In this document: piece by piece, positions 26,798 through 36,362 of the stretch
Layout: each line of letters starts with the position of its first letter
Numbering within the stretch: position 1 is the first letter of the stretch
From: Bryobacterales bacterium
GTDB taxonomy: Bacteria; Acidobacteriota; Terriglobia; Bryobacterales; Bryobacteraceae
Length of the DNA: 58,064 bases
Direction of reading: 5' to 3'
Assembly (NCBI GenBank): GCA_947467185.1
Contig: CANIHR010000001.1
Coordinates: 1-58,064, forward strand
Position numbers and translations under genes: made by a program
The notes under the pieces: model-generated
What the model saw: the letters and a program-made list of their open reading frames with translations, nothing else
Database searches by the model: none
Told to the model about the DNA's origin: nothing

Positions 26798-27271
26798 GTG
26801 AAGCACCTTTTCTTGCTCTTACTCTCCGTGGCCCTTGTCGTGCCCTGCCTGCGCGCAGACCAGCCTATTCTCTTCCCGCACTCCACCCACATCAATAAGG
26901 TCCACCTGAAATGTATCGACTGTCACATTTCCGCCGACACGCGGGACGCAGCGACCATTCCAGGCGTTCGAAAGTGTATGTTGTGCCACGCGAAAATCGC
27001 CGCAGACAAGCCGGAAATCAAGAAACTGGCCGCCATTGCCGCCAGCGGCAGAGAAATCCCCTGGCAGCGAGTCTACGGTTTTGAGAAGGCCGCCGCCGTG
27101 AAGTTCCGCCACGGTCCGCACGCCCGCCACAAAGTTGCCTGCGCCACCTGCCACGGCGATATGCCGAACGCGATCACCGCGCAGCCCCTCGTAAAACACA
27201 ACATGGGTACCTGCATAAGTTGCCACCGCCAGAACAACGCGTCTGACGACTGCGCCACCTGTCACTACTAA
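26798..27271 (+). CDS. actA: Pentaheme c-type cytochrome (ActA-like)
   Basis: GTG start and signal peptide. Five CxxCH motifs: CIDCH, CMLCH, CATCH, CISCH, CATCH. Confidence 0.8.
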   Translation: MKHLFLLLLSVALVVPCLRADQPILFPHSTHINKVHLKCIDCHISADTRDAATIPGVRKCMLCHAKIAADKPEIKKLAAIAASGREIPWQRVYGFEKAAAVKFRHGPHARHKVACATCHGDMPNAITAQPLVKHNMGTCISCHRQNNASDDCATCHY

Positions 27272-27280
27272 AGGCCTGAG

Positions 27281-29470
27281 ATGAGCATGGAGCGCAGAAA
27301 CTTTTTCAAAATCCTCTCGACGGCCTCGGCCGGGGTTGTGGCCACCGGCTGCGGCACCGATTCCGACAAGCTGATCCCGCTCCTCGTGCCCGAGCAGGAC
27401 CTGATCCCCGGCGTCGAATACTGGCACCCCTCGGTTTGTACATCCTGTCCCTCCGGCTGCGGTGTGGTCGCCCGCGTCATGGATGGCGAGCGCATCATTG
27501 AACGCACTACTGCCGGCAAGACCGAAAAGCTCCGCCAGCGACTGGCCGCTATCAAGAAACTGGAAGGCAATCCACTCGATCACGTCAGTGGCGGACGCCT
27601 TTGCGCCCGTGGCCAGGCCGGAGTCCAGAGCCTCTACAATCCGGATCGTATCCGTGGTCCGCTGAAGCGCTCGGGCGTTCGCGGCGAAGCTACCTTCCAG
27701 CCCATCTCCTGGAAAGATGCGATCTCCGAAGCCTCCGATCAGTTATTAAAGGTGAAGAACGAGGCGGCTGACCGTATCGCCATCGTCACCGGTCCTGTTG
27801 CCAGCAGCCGCAGCAACGCCCTGCGCGGTTTTGCGAAGGCAATCGGCGCACCCGAACCGCTGGTCTGCTCCGTTGCGTCGCACGCCGCCGAACGGAAAGC
27901 GGCTGAAATCGCCCTCAACTGGCAGGGCATCCCGTTCTACGACATCGCCAACGCCCGCCATATCCTCAGCGTGGGTGCCGACTTCCTGGGCGGTTGGGTG
28001 TCGCCCGTCAACTACGCTCGCCAGTTCGGCGCTTTCCGCCAGGCGCGAATGGAAGTTCGCGGCTACCTCGCCCATGCCGAATCCCGGCTCTCCATCACCG
28101 CTTCCGCCGCCGACCAGTGGCTGCCGCTGAAGCCTGGCTCCGAAGCGCAGTTCCTCGGCGCCGTCGGCCGCATCCTGCTCGATCTGAATCTCGCGCCCAA
28201 AGCCGCATCACTGCCGCCCAATGTCCTCGCCGCATTCAAAGCGCTGGACCTCGCCGCCTTCATCGCCGCCACCGGTATCGAAGAACGCAAGCTGCGCCTG
28301 GCTGTGGAGCAACTGGGCAAATCGGAAGGTCCGCTGGTTCTGGCCGGTGCCTCCACAGTCCACACCAATTCGGTGGACGCCATCGTCGCTTCGCACTACG
28401 TCAATATGATGTTGGGCAACGTCGGCAATCCTGGTGGTATTCAGGCACCCGCGAAGTCCCCGATCGAGCCGCTCACGAACACGAAGTTCGCTGCAGCGCT
28501 GTCCCAGGCACGTGCCATCGTACTCGACGAGGCCAATCCGCTTTACACTGCCCCGAAAGCCGCGCACGTTCGCGAGGCCCTGACGAAAGCCGGTTTTGTC
28601 CTCAGCTTCGCCACCACCCTCGACGATTCCGCCGCCTGGGCCGACATCATCCTGCCCGCGCACCACGCGCTCGAAGGTGAAATCGCCGTCGCCCCCGCCG
28701 CAGCCGCCCGGGTCTCTCTGGCCATTGGCGGCACCTTCGTGCAGCCTCTCTACGAAACCCAGCCGATCTCGAACACCCTGGCCGAACTCGCGGGAGGCAT
28801 GAACGTCACCTTCCAGCCAGCCACCGTAAAGGAAATCGCCGAGCCCCTGCTGCCCAAAGACCTCACGTGGGAAACAGTCGTTCGCGAAGGCGGTTTCCAT
28901 ACCGATGCCACGCCGGCCGCCGCACCCCTTACAAAATCCAAACCAGCCCCGAAGGCTGCGGCCCCCACAAACGCGTTCGCGCTGAACGCCGCAAAATTCG
29001 AAGGCGACGGCCCATTCCTGCTACAACCGTACCTGTCACCGCAGTTGCACGAAGGCGCATCCTCCAACCTCCCCTGGCTGCAGGAATGCCCCGACCCGGC
29101 TTCCAGCGCGGTCTGGTCTCTGCCCGTCGAGATCGACCCCGTCACGGCGCAAAAACTCGGCATCGCCACCGGGGATAACGTGAAGCTCGAATCGGCCTCC
29201 GGGTCCATCACGGCCCCGGCCTACATCCACCCCGGCGCAGTTCCGGGTGTCCTTTCCATGGCCATCGGTGGAGGCCACACCCATTTCGGGCGCTTCGCTT
29301 CCGGCCGCGGTGCGAACCCTCTGGAGATTCTCGCGCTGGCCACCGAACCCGCCACAGGCGACCTCGCCACCGGCGCGACCCGCGTCCGCCTCACCCGCGT
29401 GGGTCCCGGTAAAGACCTGATTCAATACTCCTCAGAAGATAAGGAAGAGAGACCGCATGCCCACCGGTAA
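27281..29470 (+). CDS. Molybdopterin-oxidoreductase-like subunit (ActB1-like), Tat-targeted
   Basis: Twin-arginine motif ERRNFFK. N-terminal Cys cluster CTSCPSGCG. Length and architecture match the complex iron-sulfur molybdoenzyme catalytic subunit family. Confidence 0.8.
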   Translation: MSMERRNFFKILSTASAGVVATGCGTDSDKLIPLLVPEQDLIPGVEYWHPSVCTSCPSGCGVVARVMDGERIIERTTAGKTEKLRQRLAAIKKLEGNPLDHVSGGRLCARGQAGVQSLYNPDRIRGPLKRSGVRGEATFQPISWKDAISEASDQLLKVKNEAADRIAIVTGPVASSRSNALRGFAKAIGAPEPLVCSVASHAAERKAAEIALNWQGIPFYDIANARHILSVGADFLGGWVSPVNYARQFGAFRQARMEVRGYLAHAESRLSITASAADQWLPLKPGSEAQFLGAVGRILLDLNLAPKAASLPPNVLAAFKALDLAAFIAATGIEERKLRLAVEQLGKSEGPLVLAGASTVHTNSVDAIVASHYVNMMLGNVGNPGGIQAPAKSPIEPLTNTKFAAALSQARAIVLDEANPLYTAPKAAHVREALTKAGFVLSFATTLDDSAAWADIILPAHHALEGEIAVAPAAAARVSLAIGGTFVQPLYETQPISNTLAELAGGMNVTFQPATVKEIAEPLLPKDLTWETVVREGGFHTDATPAAAPLTKSKPAPKAAAPTNAFALNAAKFEGDGPFLLQPYLSPQLHEGASSNLPWLQECPDPASSAVWSLPVEIDPVTAQKLGIATGDNVKLESASGSITAPAYIHPGAVPGVLSMAIGGGHTHFGRFASGRGANPLEILALATEPATGDLATGATRVRLTRVGPGKDLIQYSSEDKEERPHAHR

Positions 29471-30164
29471 CCCAACAAAACCACACCGTTGGGGCATGGT
29501 CATCGACCTCGACCGCTGCACCGGCTGCGAAGCCTGCGTCGTCGCCTGCCACTCCGAAAACAACATCGGCATGTCCACCCCGGAAGAAGCCGCCCGTGGC
29601 CGCGTCAACCACTGGATCCGCATCGACCGCTACTACGAAGGCCAGTTCCCCGATATCAAGGTCAAGTACCGGCCCGTCCTCTGCCAGCACTGTGACGAAG
29701 CACCCTGCGAACCGGTCTGCCCGGTGAACGCGACCTATCACAATCCCGAAGGCCTCAACGTTCAGGTTTATAACCGCTGCGTCGGCACCTTCTACTGCGC
29801 CAACAACTGCCCGTATACCGTCCGATCGTTCAACTGGTTCGACCCGAAGTGGCCCGAGCCAATGCAGTTGCAGCACAACCCCGACGTCTCCATTCGCCCC
29901 GGCGGCGTGATGGAAAAGTGCACCTTCTGTATCCAGCGCATCAAGCGCGTGGAAGACCAGGCTGATGCCGCTGGACGTCCGGTGGCTGATGGCGAAGTGC
30001 AGCCCGCCTGCGTGCAGTCCTGCCCGGCGGAAGCCATGATCTTCGGTGATCTGAACGACCCCGACAGCAAAGTTTCCCGACTGGCAGGCGATGGCCGCGC
30101 CACGAAGCTGATGGAAGAGCTCGGCACCAAACCCAAAGTCGTGTATCTGGAGAAGGCCCGCTAA
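29457..30164 (+). CDS. 4Fe-4S ferredoxin subunit (ActB2 / PsrB-DmsB-like)
   Basis: CTGCEACVVAC, CQHCDEAPCEPVCP, CVGTFYCANNCP, CTFC...CVQSCP. Overlaps the upstream gene by 14 nt. Confidence 0.85.
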   Translation: MPTGNPTKPHRWGMVIDLDRCTGCEACVVACHSENNIGMSTPEEAARGRVNHWIRIDRYYEGQFPDIKVKYRPVLCQHCDEAPCEPVCPVNATYHNPEGLNVQVYNRCVGTFYCANNCPYTVRSFNWFDPKWPEPMQLQHNPDVSIRPGGVMEKCTFCIQRIKRVEDQADAAGRPVADGEVQPACVQSCPAEAMIFGDLNDPDSKVSRLAGDGRATKLMEELGTKPKVVYLEKAR

Positions 30165-31483
30165 TGGCAGAGCATCCCGAGTTACTGCCGTATGGCATTA
30201 TCCGCGAAGACCTGTTCCGGCCGCTCTCCCGCGCCGGCAGCAAGTGGTGGTTCACTGTTGTTGCCTGCTTCCTGCTGGTCGTCGCTGGTCTCGCCGCCTG
30301 GGGTGTGCAGCTTCGCGATGGCCTCGGCGTTACCGGCCTCAACCGCCCCGTGTTCTGGGGCCTTTACATCGTCGACTTCGTCTTCTGGATCGGCATCTCC
30401 CACGCCGGCACGTTGATCTCGGCCATCCTCCGCCTCACCGACGCAGCCTGGCGTAAACCCGTCACGCGCGCTGCCGAAGCCATCACCCTTTTTGCCCTGA
30501 TGATCGGCGGCCTGTTCCCCATCATTCACCTCGGCCGCGCCTGGTTCTTCTACTGGCTCATCCCCTACCCGAACGCCCGCCTCATGTGGCCGAACTTCCG
30601 TTCGCCGCTCGTCTGGGATCTCACGGCTATCGTCACGTACGTCACCGGCAGCGCCATCTACCTCTACCTGCCGCTCATCCCCGACATGGCGCAGCTCGGC
30701 GCGCACAATAAGCCCTGGCGCCGCAAACTCTACAAGGCTCTCTCGCTCGGCTGGACCGGCAGCGACCGCGAATGGCACGCCCTCGAAATGGCCATGAAGC
30801 TCAACGCCGTCATCATTTTGGCGGTAGCGATCTCGGTCCACACAGTCGTCGCGTGGGACTTCTCCATGTCCATCGCGCCCACCTGGCACAGCACCATCTT
30901 CGGGCCCTACTTCGTGGTTGGCGCGATCTTCTCCGGTATCGGCGCGCTCATCATCGTGATGGCCACGCTCCGCCGCACGCTGCACCTCGAAAACTACCTC
31001 ATCAAGCGCCATTTCGACAACATGTCGAAGCTGCTGCTCACCATGAGCCTGCTCTGGTTCTACTTCACGATGTCCGAGCACATCACCATCTGGTACGGCA
31101 ACGAACCCAAGGAAATGGGCGTCTTCGGCCAGCGCACCCGCGGCGATTACGCTTTCTGGTTCTGGCTGATGGTGTTCGTCAACTTCGTGGTCCCAGTCAC
31201 GCTGCTCGGCATTAAGAAGCTCCGCAGCGTGAAGACGGCCGTCATCGCCTCCTTTGGCGTGCTCATCGGCATGTGGCTTGAGCGTTACCTGATCGTGATC
31301 CCCACGCTGGTCACCCCGCGTCTCGCCTCCGCCACCAGCGTCTACACGCCCAGCTGGGTGGAACTCATGATCACCGTCGCCACCTTCGCTGCCATGATCA
31401 TGCTGTACCTCCTGTTCGCCCGGCTCTTCCCGATCATCGCCGTCTGGGAATACAAGCCCCACTCGCCGGAGGAGGAAGACTAA
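30164..31483 (+). CDS. actC: NrfD/PsrC-like polytopic quinol-interacting membrane subunit (ActC-like)
   Basis: TAATG overlap with the upstream gene. About 10 hydrophobic segments with NrfD-family character (WGLYIVDFVFWIGISHAGTLISA...). Confidence 0.8.
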   Translation: MAEHPELLPYGIIREDLFRPLSRAGSKWWFTVVACFLLVVAGLAAWGVQLRDGLGVTGLNRPVFWGLYIVDFVFWIGISHAGTLISAILRLTDAAWRKPVTRAAEAITLFALMIGGLFPIIHLGRAWFFYWLIPYPNARLMWPNFRSPLVWDLTAIVTYVTGSAIYLYLPLIPDMAQLGAHNKPWRRKLYKALSLGWTGSDREWHALEMAMKLNAVIILAVAISVHTVVAWDFSMSIAPTWHSTIFGPYFVVGAIFSGIGALIIVMATLRRTLHLENYLIKRHFDNMSKLLLTMSLLWFYFTMSEHITIWYGNEPKEMGVFGQRTRGDYAFWFWLMVFVNFVVPVTLLGIKKLRSVKTAVIASFGVLIGMWLERYLIVIPTLVTPRLASATSVYTPSWVELMITVATFAAMIMLYLLFARLFPIIAVWEYKPHSPEEED

Positions 31484-31485
31484 CC

Positions 31486-31986
31486 GTGTTCCTGATTTCC
31501 GAATTCCGTTCCAAAGATGCGCTGGTGGAGGCCATCCTCGCCCTGAAAAAGGCCGGGCTGACCGAAAACGACCTTGCCATCTTCTCCGAAGAGCCCATCG
31601 AATTCCGCAAGGGCATTCTCGATCGTCCCTCCAACATGTCGAAAGCGGCGGTCGCCGGTGCCGCGGTAATGGGCACTGCGGCGACTTCCTTCGTGTACTA
31701 CGCCCAGAACGACTACAAGCTCGTCACCGGCGGTATGCCCATATTTTCCTTCTGGGCCACCGGCATCATTACCTACGAAATGACCATGCTGGGGGCAATC
31801 TTCGCCACCTTCTTCTGGTTCCTGTGGGAAAGTGGCCTCATCCGCAAGCGTGATCCGGAAGCGCCGGTCCCCATGATCGGCCCTGCATCTATGAGCCTGC
31901 GTGTCCGTTGCGAAATATCTCGTGCCGACAATTTTGTCGAAATCCTCCGGGGCTCGGGCTGCATCAAAACAGAGCGAGTGAAGTAA
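31486..31986 (+). CDS. actD: ActD-like (DUF3341) membrane subunit
   Basis: GTG start 2 nt after the actC stop. FRSKDALVEAILALKKAG followed by two TM segments, as in ACIII ActD. Confidence 0.65.
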   Translation: MFLISEFRSKDALVEAILALKKAGLTENDLAIFSEEPIEFRKGILDRPSNMSKAAVAGAAVMGTAATSFVYYAQNDYKLVTGGMPIFSFWATGIITYEMTMLGAIFATFFWFLWESGLIRKRDPEAPVPMIGPASMSLRVRCEISRADNFVEILRGSGCIKTERVK

Positions 31987-32355
31987 GTGAGCCAAGTAAG
32001 AATGAAGTCCGCCGTTAACCTGACCCTGATTCTGGTCGCCCTCGCGGTGACCATCCCCGCCTTCGCCGATCGCCCCAACCCGGCCTGGGAGAAGGGCCGC
32101 ATTCAGGCTGGTCAGGCCCTCTACCGCAGCAACTGTGTCGTCTGCCACGACGTGGATCAACCGAAATCCCAGAAGTTCGGCCCCAGCTTCCACCAGCTTT
32201 TCCGCAAGGAAAAGATGCCCATGAGCGCCATGAAGCCCAACCGCGACTACATCAAACTCCGGACTCGGTTCGGTGGCAGCTTCATGCCCGCCTTCCAGAA
32301 AACCCTCACCCCGGCCCAGATCGACCTGATCGTCGATTACCTCCAGACCCAGTAA
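31987..32355 (+). CDS. actE: Monoheme cytochrome c (ActE-like)
   Basis: Abuts actD. Signal/anchor segment, a single CVVCH, and a distal Met (SFMPAF). Confidence 0.7.
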   Translation: MSQVRMKSAVNLTLILVALAVTIPAFADRPNPAWEKGRIQAGQALYRSNCVVCHDVDQPKSQKFGPSFHQLFRKEKMPMSAMKPNRDYIKLRTRFGGSFMPAFQKTLTPAQIDLIVDYLQTQ

Positions 32356-32510
32356 GTTCGCCCCTTTTTGACCCAGGGCCGACTGGCGCAGAATTGCGTG
32401 AGTCGGCGCATGCTTCGCCCAAAATCAGGGAAAACCTTGCCACCAGTCACCTGAATCACTCTGGCCACAAGCGTGCATAGTACCTTTCTGTCGAGTTGCA
32501 GGAGGTAAGT

Positions 32511-33056
32511 ATGCTCAAGACATTCGTATATCGCAGCGTGTTTTTCGTGCTCGGTGCGGCCATGTTCAGCGCACCTCTCAAGGCGGCGGACGGGTCCCCG
32601 GCGGCAGCCCAGGTGGATCGCGGTCGCCAGTTGTTTCAGAAAGCAAATAATGGTGTGACGTGTGCCACGTGCCATTCACTGGAAAACACGGGAACGGCCG
32701 TGGGTCCTGATCTCAAGACGCTGGGGTCCGTCATTGCCCCCAGGGGCCTCTCCAACACCATCAATATGACAGTGACGTGCTACGTCCAGGAGTACACTCT
32801 GGCGAACGGCACCACCTTCCCCGGCTTCGAGAAATCCAAAGCGGGCGGCATGATCGAAATCTGGGACCTGTCTGCCAGCCCCGCCCAGCTCAGGAAGCTG
32901 AAGGAGAGTGAAGTGACCATAAAGCCGAACTCGAAGTGGAAGCACCCCGCTGCCTCCGTCGGCTTCGACGATCAGGAAATGGCCGATCTTGTTGCCTATA
33001 TCAAGGCGATGGCAACCGGCAACGCAAAGGAAGTAAAGGCCGAAGAGCTGCACTAA
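32511..33056 (+). CDS. Additional monoheme c-type cytochrome
   Basis: AGGAGG at 32500-32505, 5 nt before the ATG at 32511. Signal peptide MLKTFVYRSVFFVLGAAMFSAPLKA. Single CATCH. Confidence 0.7.
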   Translation: MLKTFVYRSVFFVLGAAMFSAPLKAADGSPAAAQVDRGRQLFQKANNGVTCATCHSLENTGTAVGPDLKTLGSVIAPRGLSNTINMTVTCYVQEYTLANGTTFPGFEKSKAGGMIEIWDLSASPAQLRKLKESEVTIKPNSKWKHPAASVGFDDQEMADLVAYIKAMATGNAKEVKAEELH

Positions 33057-33087
33057 CCTTCCCGGTTGCACTCAATCGACCCCGGCT

Positions 33088-33133
33088 CCGAGCACCGCGA
33101 TAAACTCGCGGTGCTCGGGGCTTTTGTGTTTTT
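33088..33133 (+). terminator. Rho-independent terminator after the cytochrome gene
   Basis: 12-bp perfect stem CCGAGCACCGCG / CGCGGTGCTCGG with loop ATAAACT, followed by GGCTTTTGTGTTTTT. Confidence 0.7.
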
Positions 33134-33384
33134 GCCGCGTTCTCCCCACCCGCAATATCCCCCACAGGTGATACCACCGGAATGTTGATTCGGGGAATTG
33201 TGTCCAGTACCGAACCGCTTTACTATCCAGGTAGTCGTTGAGGTGGATCTTTTCCCCCTTTTCATCTCACGCAAATAGAACAAGGGCACAAAGCCGGATC
33301 CGCACGCGTCAGCTCGGGCGTTCAGCGCCAGACTCGCGGTAAAGAACCGTGCGGCGGCGTGTGTCCTCCTGGAGGATTCGTCGT

Positions 33385-36360
33385 ATGGGGTTCGTCAACG
33401 CCCGAGGGACGCGTTGGGCGTTCTGCTCATTTTTTCTGCTTGGCATCTGCGCCACAGCGAGCGCGCAACGCGTGCCCAAAGTCATTAGCTCAAAGAACCT
33501 GGTCGGGAAGAGCGATTCGCTCCACCCTGCGACCAGAAGTCTCCGTTCCGCTGGTCGCGCCATGGCCGATCTTCGCGTGGAACGTATGCTCCTGATGTTG
33601 AAGCCAACCGGAGAGCAGGAGGCAAATCTCCAAACTTTCCTCGACTCGCAGCGGGACCCGGCGTCCCCGGACTACGAAAACTGGCTCTCCCCTGAAGAGT
33701 TCGCCGCCCGCTTCTCGCCCTCGGAAGAGGACAGGAACGCCGTCGCCACCTGGCTGCAGGACTCAGGCTTTGAGGTTAATGAAATCGCCCGCGGAGGCCG
33801 CACCATTGAGTTCAGCGGCACCGCCTCCGTCGTGGAACAGGTCTTCCACACGCAACTGCGCCACTATGTGAAGGATGGCGTGCGGCATCTCGCCAACGCG
33901 ACGGAAATCTCGATCCCCGCCGAACTCGACGGCATCGTGGCCGGCATCGCATCACTCAACGACTTCCACCCCGAACCGCAACACCACACCCAGCCCCTCA
34001 CGAATCTCTCCGGCGGCACACACGGACTCTCGCCCGGCGACTTCTCCACCATCTACAACGTGGCCCCCCTTTGGGCCGCGAGCATCGACGGCACCGGCCA
34101 GACCATCGCCATCGTCGGCCGCTCGAATTTCCTGCTCAGTGACGTCACCAGCTTCCGGTCGCTCTTCGGCCTGCCCGTCAACAACCCGCAGATTATCCTC
34201 AATGGCGCAAACCCAGGCATCGTCAGCCAGGGCGAGGTAGTGGAGGCTCTGCTCGACGTCCAGTGGTCCGGCGCGGTGGCGAAGAATGCGACCATCAAGT
34301 TCGTTCTCTCCGCAAACACCAATGCCAGCGGCGGCGACATGCTGTCCTCGCAGTACATCGTCAACAACAACGTCGCCCCGATTCTCTCCTCCAGCTTCGG
34401 CCTCTGTGAAGCCCAACTCGGCAGCGCCAATAACTTCTTCAATACGCTCTGGCAGCAGGCTGCCGCGCAGGGTATCTCGGTCATCGTCGCCGCCGGAGAC
34501 AGCGGCGCGGCAGGTTGCGACTACGGTGGCACCACGCACCCGGCCATCGGCGGCCTCGCCGTCAGCGGCATCGCCTCCACGCCTTACAATCTCGCGGTTG
34601 GAGGTACGCAGTTCAATGAAGCCGGAGCGGACGCGGCTTACTGGCTCTCCGCGAACAACCCCGCCACCTACTACGCGACAGCAAAATCCTGGATCCCCGA
34701 AGTGGTCTGGAATGAAAGCTCCGCAACGGGCGGCCTCTGGGCTGGCTCCGGCGGTATCAGTTCGCTCTACTCAACGCCCACCTGGCAGACCGGCGCGGGC
34801 GTTCCCACCACCGACCCCGTTGGTTCCGGGCACCATCGATACATCCCCGATGTCTCGCTCTCCGGAGCCAGCCATGACCCCTATCTGATGACTCTCAACG
34901 GCGGTCTGCTCGGCGTCGGCGGCACCTCTGCTGCGGCCCCAGCCTTCGCCGGTATTCTCGCCCTGCGTAACCAGAAACTGAACTCCCGCGCCGGCAATCC
35001 CACCGCCACGCTCTACACCATGGCGATGCAGTTTCCGCTCGCGTTCCACGACGTGGTCAGCGGCACCAACGCGGTCCCCTGCACCGCTGGAACTTCGAAT
35101 TGCAGCGGTGGCACCCTTACCGGTTTCGCCGCCGGACCGGGCTATGATCTCGCAAGCGGCCTCGGCTCGGTCAACGCCTATAACCTGGTCATGAACTGGC
35201 CCGTCTCGGCACCCACGGTGGCCGGCCCGGTAATCTCTTCCCTGAACCCCGCGTCGGTGACCACTTCTGCCGGTAACCAGACCCTCACCATCACCGGCAC
35301 CGGCTTCAAGACCGGCGCGAAGGTCAACTTCACGTACGGCGGCGGCACCGTCACAGTCCTGACGCCGACCACAGTCACTGCAACATCCATTGCGGTCCCG
35401 GTCGCCGTTGGCCTCACCCCTCGTACGTGGACCGTCCAGGTGGTGAACACCGACGGCTACAAGTCGGCGACGTCGAACCTGACCGTCACAGCCCCCTCAC
35501 CCACGCTCACCTCGCTGACCCCGGCCATCCTGACCGGCTCCACTGGAAACCAGACAATCACCATGGCAGGTACGAATTTTCAGTCCGGCGCGAAGGTGAA
35601 TCTGGCGTACACCGGAGGCACCAGCACCGCGCTTACCCCCGCTACCGTGAGCACCACAGCCATCGCTGTTGCAGTCAATGTTGGCACCACCGCGCGGACC
35701 TGGACGCTGCAGGTCGCGAACCCCGACGGCAAGACGTCCTCGACGTCGAACCTGACCGTCACCGCCCCGGCACCCACCATCACGACGCTCAGCCCGACTT
35801 CTCTGACGGGCTCCACCGCCAACCAGAACGTCACCATCAATGGCACGTTTTTTCAGAGTGGAGCGAAGGTCAAGCTGACTTACACCGGCGGTGCTGTCAC
35901 GCAGTTGACGCCCACCACACAAACTGCGACGGCCATTACAGTGGCCGTGAACGTGGGCACCACGGCACGTACCTGGACCCTGCAAGTTTTGAATCCTGAC
36001 GGCAAGACCTCAGCCACAGCGAATCTTGCTGTCAACGCGCCCGCGGCCGCTCCGGCCCCCGCGCCAACCGCCACAACCACGGTTTCGCCTACCATCTCGA
36101 CCGTCAGCCCCACAGCTTTACCGCGCTCGGGAGCCACACAGGCCGTCACCATCACCGGCACCAACTTCAAGGCTGGCCTGAAGATCGTCCTCACCGCCGG
36201 CGGTACCGCCACCACCATTCAGGGTTCCGCGATAACCAGCGTGACCACCACCAAAATCGTCGCCCAGATCACCCCCGGTAACATCGCCCGCAGCTATACT
36301 GTTCAGGTCGTCAACTCCGACGGCAAGACTTCCAACCTCGGCAGCCTGCTCGTCCAGTAA
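33385..36360 (+). CDS. Secreted sedolisin (S53, pro-kumamolisin-type) peptidase with four C-terminal Ig-like (IPT/TIG-like) repeats
   Basis: The ATG at 33385 gives signal peptide MGFVNARGTRWAFCSFFLLGICATASAQ. Activation domain (PDYENWLSPEEFAARF...). Catalytic motifs EALLDVQW, AAGDSGA, GGTSAAAPAFAG. Four ~90-aa repeats follow. Confidence 0.8.
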   Translation: MGFVNARGTRWAFCSFFLLGICATASAQRVPKVISSKNLVGKSDSLHPATRSLRSAGRAMADLRVERMLLMLKPTGEQEANLQTFLDSQRDPASPDYENWLSPEEFAARFSPSEEDRNAVATWLQDSGFEVNEIARGGRTIEFSGTASVVEQVFHTQLRHYVKDGVRHLANATEISIPAELDGIVAGIASLNDFHPEPQHHTQPLTNLSGGTHGLSPGDFSTIYNVAPLWAASIDGTGQTIAIVGRSNFLLSDVTSFRSLFGLPVNNPQIILNGANPGIVSQGEVVEALLDVQWSGAVAKNATIKFVLSANTNASGGDMLSSQYIVNNNVAPILSSSFGLCEAQLGSANNFFNTLWQQAAAQGISVIVAAGDSGAAGCDYGGTTHPAIGGLAVSGIASTPYNLAVGGTQFNEAGADAAYWLSANNPATYYATAKSWIPEVVWNESSATGGLWAGSGGISSLYSTPTWQTGAGVPTTDPVGSGHHRYIPDVSLSGASHDPYLMTLNGGLLGVGGTSAAAPAFAGILALRNQKLNSRAGNPTATLYTMAMQFPLAFHDVVSGTNAVPCTAGTSNCSGGTLTGFAAGPGYDLASGLGSVNAYNLVMNWPVSAPTVAGPVISSLNPASVTTSAGNQTLTITGTGFKTGAKVNFTYGGGTVTVLTPTTVTATSIAVPVAVGLTPRTWTVQVVNTDGYKSATSNLTVTAPSPTLTSLTPAILTGSTGNQTITMAGTNFQSGAKVNLAYTGGTSTALTPATVSTTAIAVAVNVGTTARTWTLQVANPDGKTSSTSNLTVTAPAPTITTLSPTSLTGSTANQNVTINGTFFQSGAKVKLTYTGGAVTQLTPTTQTATAITVAVNVGTTARTWTLQVLNPDGKTSATANLAVNAPAAAPAPAPTATTTVSPTISTVSPTALPRSGATQAVTITGTNFKAGLKIVLTAGGTATTIQGSAITSVTTTKIVAQITPGNIARSYTVQVVNSDGKTSNLGSLLVQ
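35227..36357 (+). repeat. Four tandem ~273-nt (91-aa) coding repeats inside the sedolisin gene
   Basis: Units start at 35227, 35500 and 35773 (exact 273-nt period) and at 36088, after an Ala/Pro/Thr linker. Shared pattern: P-T-[IL]-[TS]-x-L-[ST]-P ... G-x-N-F-x-x-G-A-K-V ... T-A-R-T-W-T-[LV]-Q-V-x-N-x-D-G-K-T-S. Confidence 0.75.
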
Positions 36361-36362
36361 CC

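Noticed and set aside
30182-31462. 426-aa minus-strand ORF antisense to the ActC-like gene
   Set aside because: It is G/D/E/H/A-rich low complexity with no domain pattern. The plus strand encodes a coherent polytopic NrfD-like protein.
33134-33384. 250-nt non-coding gap upstream of the sedolisin, examined for a riboswitch or sRNA; also the 78-aa minus ORF 33053..33289
   Set aside because: I could recognise no conserved riboswitch core or convincing structure. The small ORF has no start context and an odd composition. It is left unannotated.
35227-36357. Periodic repeats considered as a possible CRISPR or other non-coding array
   Set aside because: The period is 273 nt, and the repeats are in frame and translated into Ig-like modules of the sedolisin. 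No short direct repeats with unique spacers are present.
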